From Guillardia theta CCMP2712 (lineage: Eukaryota; Protista; Cryptophyta), in NCBI RefSeq assembly GCF_000315625.1, contig NW_005434638.1, positions 46,107 to 110,106 of the forward strand: a stretch of 64,000 nt of DNA. The letters run 5' to 3'. Numbering within the stretch: position 1 is the first letter of the stretch; each line of letters starts with the position of its first letter. This document shows, in pieces, positions 59,258 through 64,000 of this stretch. The position numbers and the translations under genes were made by a program. Under the pieces are notes generated by a model. The model was not told where the DNA came from. It did not search any database and worked only from the letters and a program-made list of their open reading frames with translations.

Positions 59258-60429
59258 ATGTGTCAAACTGTTCAGAGAACTTCAAAGATGATGCTGGAAG
59301 GTGAGGATTGCAGACATGGAGACGATGAAGCTAATCTTTGGGTTTGTAAAGGCCTTGTCCAAGACATCACGCGTTGTCAGGGAAGTTGCAGGAGGTTCAG
59401 CGAAGAGAGGCTTGTTTAATACGGCAACTTGCTGAGTTGCAGGAGAAAAATCAAGTCTTGACGTCAAGGTTGGAAGCAACGTCCTCTACGTTGCGGAGGG
59501 CATTGGAAGAACGAGACGAAGCGCTGGTTCAGAAGAGGAAGGAGGTGTTTTGCAGGCAGCAGCTTGAGAAGCAAATGCAAGATCTCATAGTCAACAAGAA
59601 CCCGGTCAAGGAAGAAACAAAAGGCACACACGAGCAAGACAAGACGAGTCAGAAAGACTTCAAAGTGTTGGAGGCTCTGAACTCCATGGCAAGGTCCCTT
59701 CAAGGCTTTCAAAGTATCCTTGCAGACGCGCTAGTTCAGGGGGGTAGCACGCCCCCCAACTCCCAGGAGATGCAAGACAGGCTATCAGAACCATGTTCAA
59801 CCATGGAGAACTCCTTGCTGCAACTTTGCAGACATCTGCATGTCTCGGAGGAAGAGAGTGAAGATAAGAGTCCCAAGACAGGCAAGAACAAGCAGATGAC
59901 AGTGAGGTCAAGAAATCCCTCAGATGAACGTCCTCTTTCCTTGCATCAGCCACCTGACGCTGCTCGCCATGGAGCCCAATCCCAGTCATTGCACACGATA
60001 GGGACGCAGACCCAGGACTTCAGTGAGGATACAGATGTCTGTAACGGGGGAGGAGGAGCCCCGAACAGACCGCAGGGACGGGCTATGTTGTCTGCTGCTG
60101 TGAGTTGGAAACTTGGGATACCGCCCCTTGTGCTGATATCTTCAACCACGCAGAGGAGGAGGCAACAGGACAAGCTGACACAGACCAAGTCAGTCGAGAG
60201 TTCTAGTGATACAAGCTCCTCCTCCTCCTCGGAAGGTCTCCGTGGACACGTCAGGACTGCCGCATCCCTGCTGCCGATCTCTGACTATGACTTCCGCCAG
60301 GTGCACGACGTTCTGAAACAGAAGCCGGAGATCTTGAGGAGCAGGACCTTATCCAGGGCACCTGACCCGAAGTCTAAAGCTGTTCCCACGACATGCCCAG
60401 CTGCCAAAGAGCTGCCGCGAACAAAGTAG
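59258..60429 (+). CDS. Hypothetical coiled-coil protein (may continue by splicing to about 60825)
   Basis: 351-aa ORF with N-terminal heptads; phase-compatible upstream exon ending GAAG|gtgag. Confidence 0.5.
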
Positions 60430-61684
60430 GTTTTCAAGAAGAGATTCTTCTGCTTTCGTTGTAGTTGTTGCGCCTGAAGCAGTTTGTTCCTCGTTGCCGT
60501 CGTGATGTGCTCAGCCCGGCCTCTTGATTGCCTTGTTGACAGGAAGCTTTCGGAGGGAATGATCTTGTCACGGTCAGCCGGATTGAAGTTTCTCGACCAG
60601 GAGATGGAGGTGAGGAGGAGGAGGACACAGAAGGATCGCGCGTTTGTCTGCCATGCCGAGTTCAATCATTATGTCACCATGACGACCCTCTCCTTCTCAT
60701 GCTGCTCACTCTCCTGCCGCAGGAGTTGCAACAATCCCTCGAGCGAGCAGCAAGCTTGCTCAACTGACAGTGTCGCCGAAGGCTCCGATGATGATCGGGC
60801 AGTGATGTCTATGAAAGTTCAATAGTAAATCGCCCTGTGAACTGACTGTGGGGCCGGTAGAGACTCCCCGAAGCCTGGGCCAGTCAGTCCTGCCACTGCC
60901 CTGGGTCCGGCCCGGGTACGGTACGGTCCAACAACATTCGTGGTTACCGCTTGAGTCCTAGTAGAGGGTCTCGAGTCTTAGGGTTCCTACTCACCCTAGG
61001 ACCTCCACCCCCACCCAACGGAATTTTTTTTGAAATTCTGTGTGACAAGACCCCCACCCCTGGTACCCCCACCCCCTATTTGTAGCTAAACTCTACAAGT
61101 ACCCCTTCATTTCCCATGGTATACCGTTGGATAAATGTTGGTACCCCTACTAAGGTATGGGTAATCCTGGTGTATGGACCCCTACCAACCCACCCCCTCT
61201 GGCCGAAAGAGACCTTCGGAAGTCGAAATGCCCGCCCGTAGAGCGATGCAGGGGAAGGGAGGGAGGGGGAGGGCAGGAGAGGGGAGGAGAGGGGAAGGGA
61301 AACGGCAACAATATCCAGGATATGAAGAGAAGAAGGATAGAAAGTAAGAGGTGAGGAGGAAGGAGAGGAAAGAGGATGGGTAGAGAACCACATTCAGAAG
61401 ATTTGCACGTTGAGAGTTTGGAGATGCCGAGTACACAGCAGACAGCACGACTGTGCTGATGCAATGATGCATGTAGATGTCAAGAGGACGATGTGAACAG
61501 AACTTCTCACTCGTGGTGAAAGAGAATGTGCCGTTGGAATTTCAAACCGTGTAGAGTGCGAGACATGAAATGAAATAGACAAGTCAGACAAGCAGTGAGG
61601 AATTGTGCCTTGACGTCTCAACTAACTGAGTCGTGAATACGCCCAAACTTTTCAATCATCACAAACTAACTTGTCGCTGTTCAG

Positions 61685-63525
61685 ATGCGGAAGTCGTTAG
61701 CCCCTGTTTCAGCGAGTTCGTTGAACTCGCGCACCTCGCTCGCACCTCGCGCGTCGCTAGCGCCTGGCAAGGCAAGTCTCGGGAGACAGTCAACCCTTGG
61801 AGGCTTCGGCACGCGCAAGAGCTCGATAGGAGGACGGCAGTCCATGGCCCCGGGGGGGCGGCGCTCAACCCTTGCAGCAGGTGGGCCCTCGAAGCAGATG
61901 GACGACCCGAGGAACGTGAAAGACAAGGCTTTCATCAATGCGGCGAAGCATCGCCTCATCGAGTTCCTTGTCGAGAACAACTACGACCGCCAGATCAGTC
62001 TCAAGCAGTTGGATGCTCCCACGACCAAGGATTACCTTCACATCCTCATGTTCCTGTACAATAAGATCGATCCCAAGTTTCAGCTGAGCCAGAACATTGC
62101 GGAGGATGTTCCAGCCATGTTCAGACGTCTGCGATATCCTTTCAACGTGAGCAAGAGCCACCTTCAAGCTGTCGGCTCTCCGCATGCCTGGCCCTCGCTC
62201 CTCGCCTCTCTCGTGTGGATCGTTGAGCTGCTCCAGTATGAGAAGCAAGTAGAAATCGCAATGATGGAGGACCCTGAATCCGAGAACCCTGACAAGATGT
62301 TCTTCGACTACCTGGCAAAGGCCTATGACTCGTTCTTGCAAGGCAGCGACAACGATGAGTACATCGAGCAGGAGCTGGCACAGGCCTTCAACGCTAAGAA
62401 TGAAGCAACACAGGAGGAAGTCGATCGTCTCAACACAGCAAACAGGAAAATGGAGGAGGAGATAGAAGAGCTCTCAGAGTCCAAGCTTGAGGAGCTTCAG
62501 ACGAAGCGCTCCCTGCTCCAGAAGGATCTGGAGAAGTTCAAGCTGCTCATCACGAACCTCGAGAAGCATCTCGTGGATGTGGAGAAGAAGACTACAGAGA
62601 TCAAAGAGGACGCAGCGGCCAAGGAAGCAGAGCTGAAGGCGACAGAGGCCGAGAAGGCGCACTTGCAGGAGGTTGTCGGACAACAGGAGACGAAAGCTAT
62701 CGATGCCCAGAGGATCGCAGCGGAGAGAGGTCGATTGCAGGACGACCTCAGGAAGACGGCAGCGGAGAAGGAGAGTCTTCAGAACAACATCTACAACGCT
62801 GAGATCTCCTTGGCTAACAAGCAGGCAGAGATCGAGAAACAGATCCAAGAGTACAACCGCATGGCGACTGAGATGAAGATTGTTCCGTCCACAGCAAAGC
62901 ATGCCAACGGCATCTCCTTTGACATCCCGGTGGCGTCTAGAGGAAACGGCGTCGACCAGCTCATCGCGTTGGGAGGAAAGTCGAGCCTCAAGCAGGACCT
63001 CGTCAACCTGCGCGACTCCTTCCTGGAGAAGGCGCAGGAGGTTCATTCGCAGCGGATGGAGAGCGAGGAGAAGGTGCGGGACATGCAGATGCAGGTGGAG
63101 GAGAAGAAGGAGGAGATCGCGAACCTGGAGGAGGACTGCCGCACCAAGGAGCAGCTGCTGGTGAGGGACAAGGAGCTGCTCGAGATGGAGCTGAAGAACA
63201 CAGCGACTGAGGTCCAGGCTTTGGAGGAGATGGTTGCCAGCGGGATGAGCATGGGAAAAGCTCGGCTCGTCGCCGCTAAGAAGAAGGTGGAGGAGCTCCA
63301 GCGAGAGTTCAAGGAGGTCCAGAGCGGGTATCAGAGGAGACGAGCAGCTCGCAGCGACTCGCTCATGGCGCTGTGCTCGCTTGCCGCCCAGCACAAGCTG
63401 AACGTACAGGTTTACCCTGACCCTTCCCATCTTGCGTTTGCTGACGAGTGTTGTTACGGCAGGAGAGGCTTCAGGAGCTTGAGAGCAGGTGCCTGAGCCT
63501 GCAGAACCAGATCGCAACTTCATGA
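61685..63525 (+). CDS. NDC80: Kinetochore protein NDC80/HEC1 (intron 63410-63462)
   Basis: Basic S/R-rich tail; DPRNVKDKAF...PTTKDY...IDP...LRYPFNVSKSHLQAVGSPHAWPSLLASLVW; long coiled coil. Confidence 0.95.
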
Positions 63526-64000
63526 GAGAGGGGGGGCGAGTAACACTGTTGAGCATGACAACTCTAAGAATACTGTGGATTAATGAAATGACTAACTCGG
63601 CTCGATGGGGCCCATTGGGAGCTCAGAGAAGATTCAGGACGATGCCAATGCCGATAGTCAACCCGTCCTGCATGCCCGAGTTGAGAGGAGAAGGAGAAAG
63701 AGGGGAAAAGAACCTCTCGGAGGACGAAGCGTCCGAGTTGAGAGAAGTCCTTGTATGTCTCTGCGATGAGTCAGATGAGCAGGCAATGAACAATATTCAT
63801 GGTCACTCACCGACACAGATTTCTGAGGAGAACTCCAGCCTTAGGACGGCAGATTGACCCCGTCGAACAAACGGACGTTTGACCTCTCCGAGCTGAACGA
63901 TGAGGATGAGAAGCACGAGAGAAACGGAGAGACGGATAGATCACGAGGAGGGGAGGGGAGTGCGATAGAGGAAAGGGAGGAAAAGTAGAAGAGGGAGGGA

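Noticed and set aside
62474-63556. 360-aa minus-strand ORF
   Set aside because: Antisense shadow of the NDC80 coiled coil.
63560-64000. Probable 3' exons of a minus-strand gene at the right edge
   Set aside because: Frame and product could not be established from the visible sequence.

Overview
Gene-dense, GC-rich eukaryotic nuclear DNA with short spliceosomal introns, abundant (CCT)n/(GGA)n microsatellites and three 100-N assembly gaps. Bipartite signal+transit peptides with a Phe at +1 point to an alga with a complex red plastid; the style fits a cryptophyte such as Guillardia (inference). Recognisable genes are a two-domain membrane nucleotide cyclase, Yippee, RPS18, PRP22/DHX8, an RI-type LRR protein, an MLO-like protein fused to four EF-hands, CFAP300, a plastid-targeted CoA-binding protein, a frameshifted TKL kinase, a UIM-WWE-NZF-RING E3 ligase, an LSMT-like SET protein, a thylakoid-lumen FKBP, a plastid DnaJ, a PX protein, RRP15, a HET/TIR-like TPR protein and NDC80. 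Genes mostly alternate strand. The strongest leads are: (1) a predicted N-acylated TIR/HET-like TPR receptor whose repeats are DNA-level mosaics, suggesting a diversifying immune receptor; (2) an MLO-calmodulin fusion; (3) a guanylyl-type cyclase with swapped C1/C2 roles; (4) a gene combining an integrase-repeat unit with EsV-1-7 viral-type repeats; (5) a recurring GGGTA/CCGG/TAACG signature in promoter intervals. Domain calls come from motif recognition by eye, not from database searches.
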